Below, piece after piece: positions 45,364 to 54,700 of a stretch of DNA of 64,000 nucleotides (positions are counted from its first letter, which is position 1; the number at the start of each line of letters is the position of its first letter). The notes under the pieces are model-generated. The model had not been told where the DNA came from, ran no database searches, and saw only the letters and a list, made by a program, of their open reading frames with translations. Both the position numbers and the translations under genes were made by a program. The stretch is from contig OZ241907.1 of NCBI GenBank assembly GCA_965203515.1, positions 640,001-704,000 of the forward strand. The letters run 5' to 3'. The stretch is from Spirochaetia bacterium. GTDB taxonomy: Bacteria; Spirochaetota; Spirochaetia; SZUA-6; Bin103.

Positions 45364-46605
45364 TCAGGTACGCGGCGCCGCCAGCACGTAGCCGTCGCGG
45401 GCGACCACCGCTCCGTCGCGGATCACGGCGCGCACGGAGCGGAGCGCGCGCACGTCTTCGAGCGGATTGCCGTCGAGCAGGATGCAGTCGGCCCGCTTGC
45501 CGGCCTCCAGCGTGCCGATCTTGTCGTCCAGGGCCAGCGCTTCGGCGGCGGTGGCGGTGGCGGACCGCAGCGCCGCCGCCGGAGACATGCCGCCCAGCCC
45601 GACCATCGTCTCCAGGGTGCGGGCAAGATCGACGAAATTGGTGTCGGTAATGCCGGCGTCGGTGCCGGCGATCACGGTCACGCCGGCGGCGAGCATGTCC
45701 CGGAACGTGGCGAACTTCCGCCATCCGGGATGGCGCTCGCCGGCCGCCTCGATCTCCTCCAGGGGCCAGCGCTCGAAGCCGGCGATCGTCTTGCAGATGA
45801 AGATGCGCCGGTCGCGGATCCGTTCGACGGTCGCGGGCCGGTAGTCCTCGCCGTCGCCGTCGCGCGCCAGCCAGGTGCAGTGTTCGATGCCGTCGAAGCC
45901 GGCGGCGACGCAACGTTCGATGCCTTCGGTGCCGTGCGCGTGGGCGCTGGCGCGCAGGCCGAGACGATGGGCGTCCTGGGTGATCGCTTCGAGCTCGGCC
46001 GGTCCGAATTGCGCGGCGCGGGGATTGCTGCCGCGGGTGCCGCCGCCGGTCGCCATCACCTTGATGAAGTCGGCGCCCGCCTTGTGCATGCGGCGCACCG
46101 CGCGGCGCACGGCGTCCTCGCCGTCGGCCTCGTTCTCCAGGAACCAGCAGTGGCCGCCGGTGCAGGTGATCGGCGCACCGCCGGTGACGATTCGCGGCGC
46201 CGCCAGCAGACCGTCGCGCACGGCGCGGGCGACCGGGATGATCACGTCCGCCAGACCGCCGCAGTCGCGGACGGTGGTGATGCCGCGGCTGAGCGCCGCG
46301 CGCAGGTTGGTCACCGTTTGGACCGTGAGCGCGGCGGGCGGCTGGCCGATCGCCGCGTACAGCGGGTCGATCCCGTTCCGGGCCGGATTCCCGCTCCACA
46401 TCAGATGCACGTGGCTGTCGATCAGGCCGGGGGCGATCACCTGCTCCGGGAAGTCGAGCCGCCGCGTCGCCCCGTCGGCGCGCTGCAGCGCCTCGTCGCC
46501 CACCGCCGTGATCGCGCCGTCTTCGACCAGCAGCGCAGCGTCGGCGCGGGGCTCGGCGGCAGCGCTCCGGACCAGCAGCCGGCCGCGTATCAGGGTCTTC
46601 ACCAT
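45364..46605 (-). CDS. Metal-dependent amidohydrolase family protein
   Basis: 'PGLIDSHVH', 'GADFIKVMATGG', 'AHAHG', 'IEHC', 'AGTDAG', 'GKRAD'. Confidence 0.92.
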   Translation of the reverse strand: MVKTLIRGRLLVRSAAAEPRADAALLVEDGAITAVGDEALQRADGATRRLDFPEQVIAPGLIDSHVHLMWSGNPARNGIDPLYAAIGQPPAALTVQTVTNLRAALSRGITTVRDCGGLADVIIPVARAVRDGLLAAPRIVTGGAPITCTGGHCWFLENEADGEDAVRRAVRRMHKAGADFIKVMATGGGTRGSNPRAAQFGPAELEAITQDAHRLGLRASAHAHGTEGIERCVAAGFDGIEHCTWLARDGDGEDYRPATVERIRDRRIFICKTIAGFERWPLEEIEAAGERHPGWRKFATFRDMLAAGVTVIAGTDAGITDTNFVDLARTLETMVGLGGMSPAAALRSATATAAEALALDDKIGTLEAGKRADCILLDGNPLEDVRALRSVRAVIRDGAVVARDGYVLAAPRT

Positions 46606-46621
46606 GATAGGATCAGATTAG

Positions 46622-47296
46622 ATGACGACGGATCGAGCCGTCGAACGGAAGGTCGATGATACGGATATGGCCAAAGTCTACACGCCGCACGACCGCTCGA
46701 TTCCGCCGCGGGGGCGGGAGTTCGACACGCCGGGATTCCTGCCGGTCACGCCCGCGTTGATCAGCGTCCTGGACGAGGAGACCGGCATCCCGAACATCAT
46801 GCCGTCGGTCGGCTGGGGCTGGCTGAACCGGCTGCCGTTCCTGCTCGGCGTGGCGGTGAGCGTCCAGGAGATCACCGGGGACTACTTCAAGCGGGGCACG
46901 CACGAGTTGCTGCGCCGCGCCGGCGACTTCGCGTTGAACGTGCCCACGGACCGGCTGCGTGAGGCGGTGTCCGCCTGTGGCGGCCGGCTGTCGCGCGCCA
47001 AGGACGCCACGGTCGACAAGTTCAAGGAGACCGGGCTGACGCCGCTGCCCGGCAAGCGCATCAAGTCGCCCCATATCGCCGAATGCCCGATCAGCTACGA
47101 GTGCAAGGTGCGCGAGGTGGTGAGCCTCGGCTCGCACGACCTGTTTCTGGGCGAGGTGGTCGGCTGCTTCACCGATGGCGTCGTCCGCCCGGGCCGCTCA
47201 TCCGCGCAGGGTCACTCGCGCATCGAGCTCGCCCGCGAGGACGGCGGCGCCACCGTGCTGGAGTTCCAGGGCATGGTCCACTTGGTGAGCGAATAA
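46622..47296 (+). CDS. Flavin reductase-like FMN-binding protein
   Basis: 'PNIM', 'FALNVP', 'VDKF', 'SPHIAECPISYEC', 'GSHDLFLGEV'. Confidence 0.88.
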   Translation: MTTDRAVERKVDDTDMAKVYTPHDRSIPPRGREFDTPGFLPVTPALISVLDEETGIPNIMPSVGWGWLNRLPFLLGVAVSVQEITGDYFKRGTHELLRRAGDFALNVPTDRLREAVSACGGRLSRAKDATVDKFKETGLTPLPGKRIKSPHIAECPISYECKVREVVSLGSHDLFLGEVVGCFTDGVVRPGRSSAQGHSRIELAREDGGATVLEFQGMVHLVSE

Positions 47297-47305
47297 GCCG
47301 CGTCT

Positions 47306-48427
47306 TCAGCGCTCCGGTTCCAGGGGCGCCGGCTCGCCGCGATTGATGACCGCCCAGCCGGTCACGTCGCCGCCGTGCCAGCGGTACGGCATCGGCATGA
47401 CGGTCGCGGAGCGGTCGGCCAACGGCAACGCGATCCGGCGGTGCCCGTTGCGAGCGGAGAGCTTGATCGCCGCCGCCGCCTCCAGCACCTGCCGGTAGTC
47501 GTGGCCGCTGCACGGCGCCGGGCGGCCGTCCCGCACCGCCTCCATCAGGCTGTCGACCACGCCCAGGAACGGGCCGCCGAGCCGTTCGTCGTCGGTCGGC
47601 TCCTCCAGGAACGCGGGCCGCACCGGGCGGGCGCGCGTTCCGGTTCCCTTGAGCAGCACGGTGCCGGCCTCGCCGGCCAGGTAGACCGCCCCATCCTCCC
47701 CGAACAGCGCCACCTTGTGCGCCCCTTCGGCCGGCGCCTCGCGCGCGGCCGTGCAGACGTAGCCGCCGGTCATGCCGAGCGCGCCGTACGCGGCGCAGTC
47801 GTCATCGCTCGCTGCCGCCGCTTCCGGCACGGTCCAGCCCTCCGCCCACGCGACCTCGTCGCCGGTGGCGAAGCGCAGGAAGTTGAGGATCACGCAGCCC
47901 AGACCGGACACCTGATCGCCCTGCGCCAGGAACCCATCGATGGCCGCGCCGGTGAGCCGGCCGATGGCGCCGTCGCGCACCCAGGCGCCGATCTTGGCCA
48001 CGTTGTGCACCTCCCACCACGCGGTGCCGCAGGCGAACGCCGCTCCCCGCGCCTCGCAGGCGGCGACCATCGCATCGGCGTCGGCCAGCCGCGCGGCGAT
48101 CGGCTTTTCGCAGGAGATCCCCTTGACGCCCGCCTCCGCGCACGCGATCACGGCGTCGCGCGCGGCGCTGACCGGCAGGACGTTGGCGACCACGTCCGGC
48201 ACCTGCCATGCCAGCAGCTCCTCGACCGTATCGAACTGGCGGGTGATCCCGTAACGCTCCGCAAACACGGCGCGCCGCGCGCGCGCGGTGTCGACCAGGG
48301 CGACCAGCTCCGCTTCCGGGTGCTGGGCGTAGGCCCTGGTATACCGGCGGCCCCAGTCGCCGCAGCCGCCGACCACCGCGACCCGCAGCTTCTCCCGTTT
48401 CCTGTCTCCGTTCATCGTCTCCCTCAC
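47306..48427 (-). CDS. Gfo/Idh/MocA family oxidoreductase
   Basis: 'RVAVVGGCG.WG', 'CEKPIA', 'GAIGRL'. Confidence 0.88.
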   Translation of the reverse strand: MRETMNGDRKREKLRVAVVGGCGDWGRRYTRAYAQHPEAELVALVDTARARRAVFAERYGITRQFDTVEELLAWQVPDVVANVLPVSAARDAVIACAEAGVKGISCEKPIAARLADADAMVAACEARGAAFACGTAWWEVHNVAKIGAWVRDGAIGRLTGAAIDGFLAQGDQVSGLGCVILNFLRFATGDEVAWAEGWTVPEAAAASDDDCAAYGALGMTGGYVCTAAREAPAEGAHKVALFGEDGAVYLAGEAGTVLLKGTGTRARPVRPAFLEEPTDDERLGGPFLGVVDSLMEAVRDGRPAPCSGHDYRQVLEAAAAIKLSARNGHRRIALPLADRSATVMPMPYRWHGGDVTGWAVINRGEPAPLEPER

Positions 48428-49386
48428 CCGCTCCGCGCGAAGTCCGCGAAGTCATGGTCCAGCTCGTCCCAGACGGCCGGATCGACTTCCTGCCGGTAGG
48501 CGGCGACGTTCTGCGCGACCCGCTCCGGCGTGGAGAAGCCGAGCAGGACGGAGGCGAAGCGCGTCTCACGCAGGCAGAAGTGCAGGTTGAGGACGTGCAG
48601 GTCGAGGCCGCGCGCCGCGCACCAGTCATACGTCCGCTTGGCGCGGCGCAGCTCCGCGGTCATCTCCACCCGGTCCGGCGCTACGCCGGCGTCGCGCGCC
48701 GCCACCGCGATCGGGTCTTCGCCGCCCAGCAGACCGTTCAGCATGATCGACGCGTTGAACACGCCCACGTCGGCGGCCGCGGCCGGCTCCAGCACGCCGG
48801 CCAGCGCGGAGCGCTCGATCAGGTTGTAGTCGCGAAAGGTGAGCGACACCTCGAAGTCGCCCGTAGCGATGCACGCCCGGTGATGCGCGTGCGGCCGGCA
48901 GCCCAGACCGAGGTGCCGGATCACCCCCTGCTCCTTGAGCCGCAGCAGCGCGTCGCGCGCCGCGTGCGGCGCCAGCACCGGCTCGATCTCCTCCGGGTCG
49001 TGGACCAGCATCACGTCGAGATAGTCGGTCTGCAGCGCGCGCAGGCTCAGCTCGGTGCTGGCCATGATGGCGTCATGGGAGTAGTCGTGCGGCCGCTGGC
49101 GTGAGCCGGCCTTGCTCTCGATGATCAGGTCCTCGCGCCGGTTGCCGCGGCGGTACCATTCCTGCAGCGCGATGCCGATGTACCGCTCGCTCTCGCCGCC
49201 GATGTAGGCGGCCGAGGTGTCGATCAGGTCGATGCCGGCCTCCAGCGCGGCCAGCACCGTGTCGACGCCCAACCGCTCGTCGTGGCGGCCGTCCCGGCGG
49301 CCGAGCTGTGCGCCGCCGATGCCCAGCACCGGCACCTGCAGCCCGGTGCGTCCCAGCCGGCGGCGCTCGTATTCGATTCGTTCCAT
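48424..49386 (-). CDS. Aldo/keto reductase
   Basis: 'RRLGRTGL', 'IDTSAAY', 'SKAG', 'DYLDVMLVHDP'. Confidence 0.92.
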   Translation of the reverse strand: MERIEYERRRLGRTGLQVPVLGIGGAQLGRRDGRHDERLGVDTVLAALEAGIDLIDTSAAYIGGESERYIGIALQEWYRRGNRREDLIIESKAGSRQRPHDYSHDAIMASTELSLRALQTDYLDVMLVHDPEEIEPVLAPHAARDALLRLKEQGVIRHLGLGCRPHAHHRACIATGDFEVSLTFRDYNLIERSALAGVLEPAAAADVGVFNASIMLNGLLGGEDPIAVAARDAGVAPDRVEMTAELRRAKRTYDWCAARGLDLHVLNLHFCLRETRFASVLLGFSTPERVAQNVAAYRQEVDPAVWDELDHDFADFARSG

Positions 49387-49456
49387 GGCGCTTCAAGCAT
49401 AGCCGCCTTTGACACGCGGCGGTCCATACCCGCACGGTGAGCCGCAGGAGGCCGTC

Positions 49457-50635
49457 GTGTTGATCAAGGAGGTCAAGCTCTACGTCGTCGCGGCCGGCGA
49501 GCGGGAACGCGCCGCGATCGGGCGCGGCGGCATGGAGCTGGCGCCGCCGGGGCTGTCCGGGCTGTTCACGCACGGCGAAGGGATCGGCGCCGACGGCGGT
49601 ATTGCGGAGTTCCGGGAACGGCTGCCGGCCTATGACCTGATCCTGCGCCTCGTCACCGACGGCGATCTCGACGCGCACGCGACCTACGCCACCGGCTTCA
49701 GCGCGGCCGAGCTCGCCTGGCAGGCGCGGGAGTTCCGCGTGAAGATCGCGCATCTGCTGACCGGCATCGACGCCTTCGACCGCGAGCGCATCTGGCAGCG
49801 TCTCTGGTACACGCAGCGGTTCATGTACACCGGCCGCGGCCTCGTCCAGACCGTGGACGAAATGCTCTGGGACCTTGCCAGCCGCCACGCTCGCCTGCCG
49901 CTGTACCGGCTGCTGGGCGGCGCCCGCGACTCGCTGCCGGCGTATCGGAACATCGGCGGCCGGACCGTCGACGACTATGTCGCCGACGCCGCGCGCGCGC
50001 GCGAGGAGGGATTCAAGGGCGGCAAGGACCACTCCTATCGCGGCGTCGCCGGCAATACCGAGCTGTTTCGGGCGTTGCGGGAGGCGATGGGAGACGACTT
50101 CATCCTGATCCACGACGCGGTCGAGCACTACACCTGCGACGAGGCGATCAGGATCGGCCGCGAGATGGAGCGGCTCGGTTACGCCTGGATCGAGGAGCCG
50201 CTGCAGGACTTCGACCTCATGGGCCTCAGGAAGCTGTGCGCGGCGCTCGACCTGCCGGTTATGGCCATGGAGTGGATCGGGTCGCTGGCCGGGCAGCCGT
50301 TCAACGCCTCCGCCTTCATCGCCATGCAGGCGACCGACATCGTGCGCCAGCGCGCCGTCGGCATCACCGGGCAGATCAAGCTGGCGCAGCTCGCCGAGAC
50401 CTTCGGGCTCGACGTGCACGGCGGCAACGCGCACGTGGTGCTGGCGATCCACAACGACCCGCTGTACGAGTACGGATCGGAGGGGGCGCTGCCGCCGCCG
50501 CAGGACCCGGCGACGCTCACGTTCCAGGGGATCCGCGTGATCGACGACGGCCATCTGCGCATCCAGTGCGGGGACCTGCCGGTGCCGGAGCCGGACTGGG
50601 AGCGGATCGAGTCGGAAGCGGTGGAGGTGGTGTGA
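49457..50635 (+). CDS. Mandelate racemase/enolase superfamily enzyme
   Basis: AGGAGG SD; 'LWDL....LPLYRLLGG', 'KGGKDH', 'IHDA', 'WIEEPL', 'AME', 'VHGG'. Confidence 0.88.
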   Translation: MLIKEVKLYVVAAGERERAAIGRGGMELAPPGLSGLFTHGEGIGADGGIAEFRERLPAYDLILRLVTDGDLDAHATYATGFSAAELAWQAREFRVKIAHLLTGIDAFDRERIWQRLWYTQRFMYTGRGLVQTVDEMLWDLASRHARLPLYRLLGGARDSLPAYRNIGGRTVDDYVADAARAREEGFKGGKDHSYRGVAGNTELFRALREAMGDDFILIHDAVEHYTCDEAIRIGREMERLGYAWIEEPLQDFDLMGLRKLCAALDLPVMAMEWIGSLAGQPFNASAFIAMQATDIVRQRAVGITGQIKLAQLAETFGLDVHGGNAHVVLAIHNDPLYEYGSEGALPPPQDPATLTFQGIRVIDDGHLRIQCGDLPVPEPDWERIESEAVEVV

Positions 50636-51756
50636 TGGCGGACGACCGAGCCGGGCCGGCGGAGTGGACGATCGCCGGGCTGCAGGTGCACGCGCCGGCC
50701 GGCGTGGTGCGGATCGCCGCCGGGGGGGCAGGCGAGGGGGTCGAGGGCGAGGCGCTGATCGCCCCGCACCGGCTGCCGCCGGCGGCGACCGTCGAGCGGA
50801 TGCGCGCGGCGTTGGTCGGGCGCCCGCTCGCCGACCGCGAGCGCATCGGGCGCGACCTGCGCGCCGCCGCGGCCGGGAGCGATCCGGCATGCCTCGCCGG
50901 CGCGGACGCCGCGCTCTGGGACCTCTGGTCGAAGGCGCTCGGGCTGCCCCTGTACCGGGCGATCGGCGGCTTCCGCACGCGGGTGCCGGTCTGTTTGGCC
51001 GGCCAGGCGGCCGCGGACGCCGGCGATGCGTCGGCCGCCGAGGCAGCGGCTGCTGAGGCATCGGCCGCTGAGCGCGACGGCTTCCGCGGCTACCGGGTGG
51101 CGGGCGCGGCGACCGCGATCGGCGTCAAGGCGCCGGCCGGGGTGCGGAACCGCGTGCGGGAGGCGGTGCGAGCCGTGCGGGAAGCGGTGGCGCCGGATTA
51201 CCCGCTGCTCTATCGCGGCGCTCCTGCCGGCGGGCTGGAGGCGTTGGCGGTCGGCCGCGCGCTCGACGAGGCCGGCTACACGTGGTTCGAGGACCCGTTG
51301 CCGGGCGCCGACGCGGAGGCGTTGCGCCGGCTTGCCGCCGACCTCGATACGGCGGTGCTGGTGACCGTGAGCGGCCCCGACGCCGGCCGGCAGGCGGCCG
51401 GGCACCTGAGCCGTCAGTCGGCCGACCTGATCCGCGTCCGCGTGCCGGCGGCCGGCGGCATCACGGCAGCGTTGAAGATCGCCCGCGCGGCCGAGGCGTT
51501 CGGGGTCAATTGCGAGATCGACCCCGACGACGGCAACGGCGGCTTCGCCGCGGCGGGACTCATGGGCGCCCTGCGCAACGCCATGTTTCTGACGTGGGCG
51601 CCGGGCGAGCGCGGCGACCGGACGCGCGCCGCCGGCGGTCTGATCGGCGCGCCGCTGGTCGTGCGGGACGGCCACGTGACCCTGAGCGCCGAACCCGGCC
51701 TGGGCCTTCGTCTCGACCGGGACCGGATCGACGCCGGCACCGAACGCCTGCTCTGA
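50635..51756 (+). CDS. Degenerate enolase superfamily protein
   Basis: 'DAALWDL..KALGLPLY..IGG', 'WFEDPL', 'GGIT..LKIA', 'PGLG'; several catalytic residues appear missing. Confidence 0.75.
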   Translation: MADDRAGPAEWTIAGLQVHAPAGVVRIAAGGAGEGVEGEALIAPHRLPPAATVERMRAALVGRPLADRERIGRDLRAAAAGSDPACLAGADAALWDLWSKALGLPLYRAIGGFRTRVPVCLAGQAAADAGDASAAEAAAAEASAAERDGFRGYRVAGAATAIGVKAPAGVRNRVREAVRAVREAVAPDYPLLYRGAPAGGLEALAVGRALDEAGYTWFEDPLPGADAEALRRLAADLDTAVLVTVSGPDAGRQAAGHLSRQSADLIRVRVPAAGGITAALKIARAAEAFGVNCEIDPDDGNGGFAAAGLMGALRNAMFLTWAPGERGDRTRAAGGLIGAPLVVRDGHVTLSAEPGLGLRLDRDRIDAGTERLL

Positions 51757-54700
51757 TGGTGGATAGGGTCACCGTCATACCCTGCGGGCCGGCCGTCAAC
51801 GAGAGCGAACGCAGGGCCATCGAACGGCTCAAGGCCGGCCTCATAGGTCACGGGGGCGATGACGTCTGGGTGCTCCTGACGAACCTTACGCTGTCCACGA
51901 CCCATCGGCTCCAATCTGACGAAATCGACATCGTGGCGATCGGCCCGCCGGGCGTCCGCGTGATCGAAGTCAAGCACTGGTCGGCGGCGTGGGTGCGGAA
52001 GAACGGCGACCGCGTCGCTCAGGAAGCCGACCGCGTGACGGCCAAGGCGAAGAAGGTCGGCACCATGCTGCGCGCGAAGATGGAACATCTTCCGCACGTG
52101 GCCGGCGTGTTTCTCGTCACCGAAGACGCGACCAAAGTCCAGCGGCTGCCCGAAGTCGTTAGGGGTGTTCGCTTTCATACGTTCAAGACGTGGCGGGGTG
52201 CGGTCGGCGCCGATGCCTCGGTGCTGACCGCGCAGCAGATCGGGGCGGCGTCCCGCATGCTGGAGCCGAGGAGCGCGGTTTCCCTGGACGGTGAGTTGCG
52301 GCGGCTGGGCGGTTACGCGCGCCTGGAGCTGCAGACCGACCCGACAGAACGATTCCATCGAATCTATCGGGGCATCCACGCTACCCGGCAGGAGCGCGTG
52401 CTGTTGCATCTCTACGACTTGTCGGACTTGTCGGCGGGCGACGTGTCGAACGCGGAACAGCGGGCGCGGCGCGGATTCGCCGCGATCAACCGACTACAAC
52501 AGTACGACTGGGCGCCGCGCATCGTCGACTCGTTCCAGGATGCGCCGGGTTATCCGGAGGAGATGAAGTTCTTTACGGTGGCCGATCCGGCAGCCCCGTC
52601 GATCGTGGACCGGGCCGAGGACGATTCGTGGAGCCTCGAAGCCCGATTCAGCTTTGCCCGCGACGCCGTTCGTGCGGTGCGCGAGCTGCACGCGGCGACC
52701 GCGGACGACGAACCGATGTTACATCGCAACCTGACGCCCCGAACGGTACTGGTGCGGCACGATAATTCCCCGATTCTGACCGGCTTCGAATACGCGCGGA
52801 TTCCGACGGAAGTGACCGTGGCATCAGCCGGTTCGAACGCGGAGTGGGACGAATCGGTGGCGCCGGAGGTCCGCTCCCAAGGCCGCGGCGCCGCGGACCG
52901 TCGATCGGACGTTTACTCGCTGTGCGCTTCCCTGCGGGCGCTGTTCGCCGGAGGCGACGACAGCCACGCAGTCATCCGAATCCTGGACGGCGGCACCGCG
53001 CAGGAGCCGCCCGCACGAGCCGAGCTGCCGAACCTGGACCGGGCGCTGTCGGCACTGCTGGGCGAGTCGGTTCCGCCGCCACCGCCGCCGCCCGCGCGGT
53101 TCTGGACCGAGGATCAGGTCGTCCGGTTCGCCGGAAGCGACTATCGCATCGTCGCCCGTCTCGGTTCAGGCGGCGTTGGGACCACCTTCAAGGTGGTGGA
53201 GATCGACCGCGACACGAAGGAGGACCTGGGCACCTACGTGGCCAAGGTGGTCCATGACCAGGCAACGGGCGAACGGGTGCTGCGCGCCCACCGACTGGTC
53301 CGGTCGCATCTGCATCGCTCGTCGTGGCTGTCGATGATCTACCAAGTCGATTCGCAGTGGCGAGATAATGGCTTCGCGGCGCTGCTGACCTGGATCGAAG
53401 GCGATTCGCTTGCCGGGTTCGCCGGACTGCTCAGCGAGCTTGCCGAGGATTCGCAGGAAGCGTCCGACGAGGCGTTGGCGCTGCGCTGGTTGCGGGCGGC
53501 GTGCGCGGCGCTCGGCGAGTTGCACCGCAACGGCCTGGTGCATGGCGACATCAGCCCCCGCAACCTGATCCTGTCGGGCGCCGACGTGGTGCTGACCGAC
53601 TACGACTGCGTGACCAGGGTCGATCAGCCGCTGGCGACGCCGGGCACCGTTCCGTACTGCTCGTCTTCCTGTCAGGAGGGTCTGCCGGCTGCGCCGTCCG
53701 ACGACCTCTACGCGCTGGCGGCGAGCATCTTCTTCGTCCTGTTCGCCAAGGAACCGTTCCAATACCAGGGCGTGCGCGCCAAGGAACGCGGGCTGAACTG
53801 GGAAGGTATACCGCGTGAGCAGTACCCGGTGCTGGCTGAATTCCTGGACCGGGCGACGGCGACCGACCGCAGCCGGCGCTATGCCACCGCCACAGAAGCG
53901 CTCAGCGCCTTGGACTCCGCGCACGGCGAAGGCCGGTCGGTGTCACGGGAGCAGGACGGCACGCAGGAGACCGAAGGATCGGAACCGCTGGAACGGCATG
54001 AGAACGAAGTCGAGTGGCTGAAGTCGTTGCTGCAATCCTACCCCGGTTCACGGTGGGGCAATCGCGAGACGCGCGGGCTGGATACCGACTTCGCCGCCCG
54101 CACCTACGTCGATACGGAACTGGAGCGGACGCTGTACGACGACCTTCGAAAACGGCGCGTCAGCCTGGTAGTCCTGTGCGGAAATGCCGGCGACGGCAAG
54201 ACCGCCATCCTCCAACGGCTCGCCCAACGTCTGGGGCTCGGCGACCACCGCTCCGCCGCCCGCATCGTGAACGGTCAGACCGATGACGGCTTGACCGTGC
54301 GCATGAATCTGGACGGTTCGGCGGCGTGGGAAGGCCGCTCGGCGCATCAACTGCTGGAAGATATACTCGAACCGTTTCAGCACGGTCGCCCGGGCGAGGA
54401 CCGAGCTCATCTGCTGGCGATCAACGACGGCCGGCTGTTGGAGTGGATCGACGATGCGGAACGCGGTCATGATGGGCGGACGCCGTTGACGCAGGCGCTC
54501 GCCGACTTTCTCGAAGATCAAGGGAAGCCGGATTCTCACGTGCGGTTCGTCAACCTGAACCAACGTTCGCTCGTCGGCGGCATAGCGGCGGACGGAACGA
54601 GCATCGACACCCGCTTTCTCAATGACTTGGTGGACGGCCTCTACGGCGGTGAACGAGCGGCGGCCACCTGGGCGCCGTGTCGGACCTGTTCGGCTCAGGA

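Noticed and set aside
51282..51755. Extra 158 aa at the N-terminus of the kinase ORF in the track
   Set aside because: Overlaps the enolase-like gene and is Arg/Gly-rich noise; the NERD domain begins at ATG 51756.
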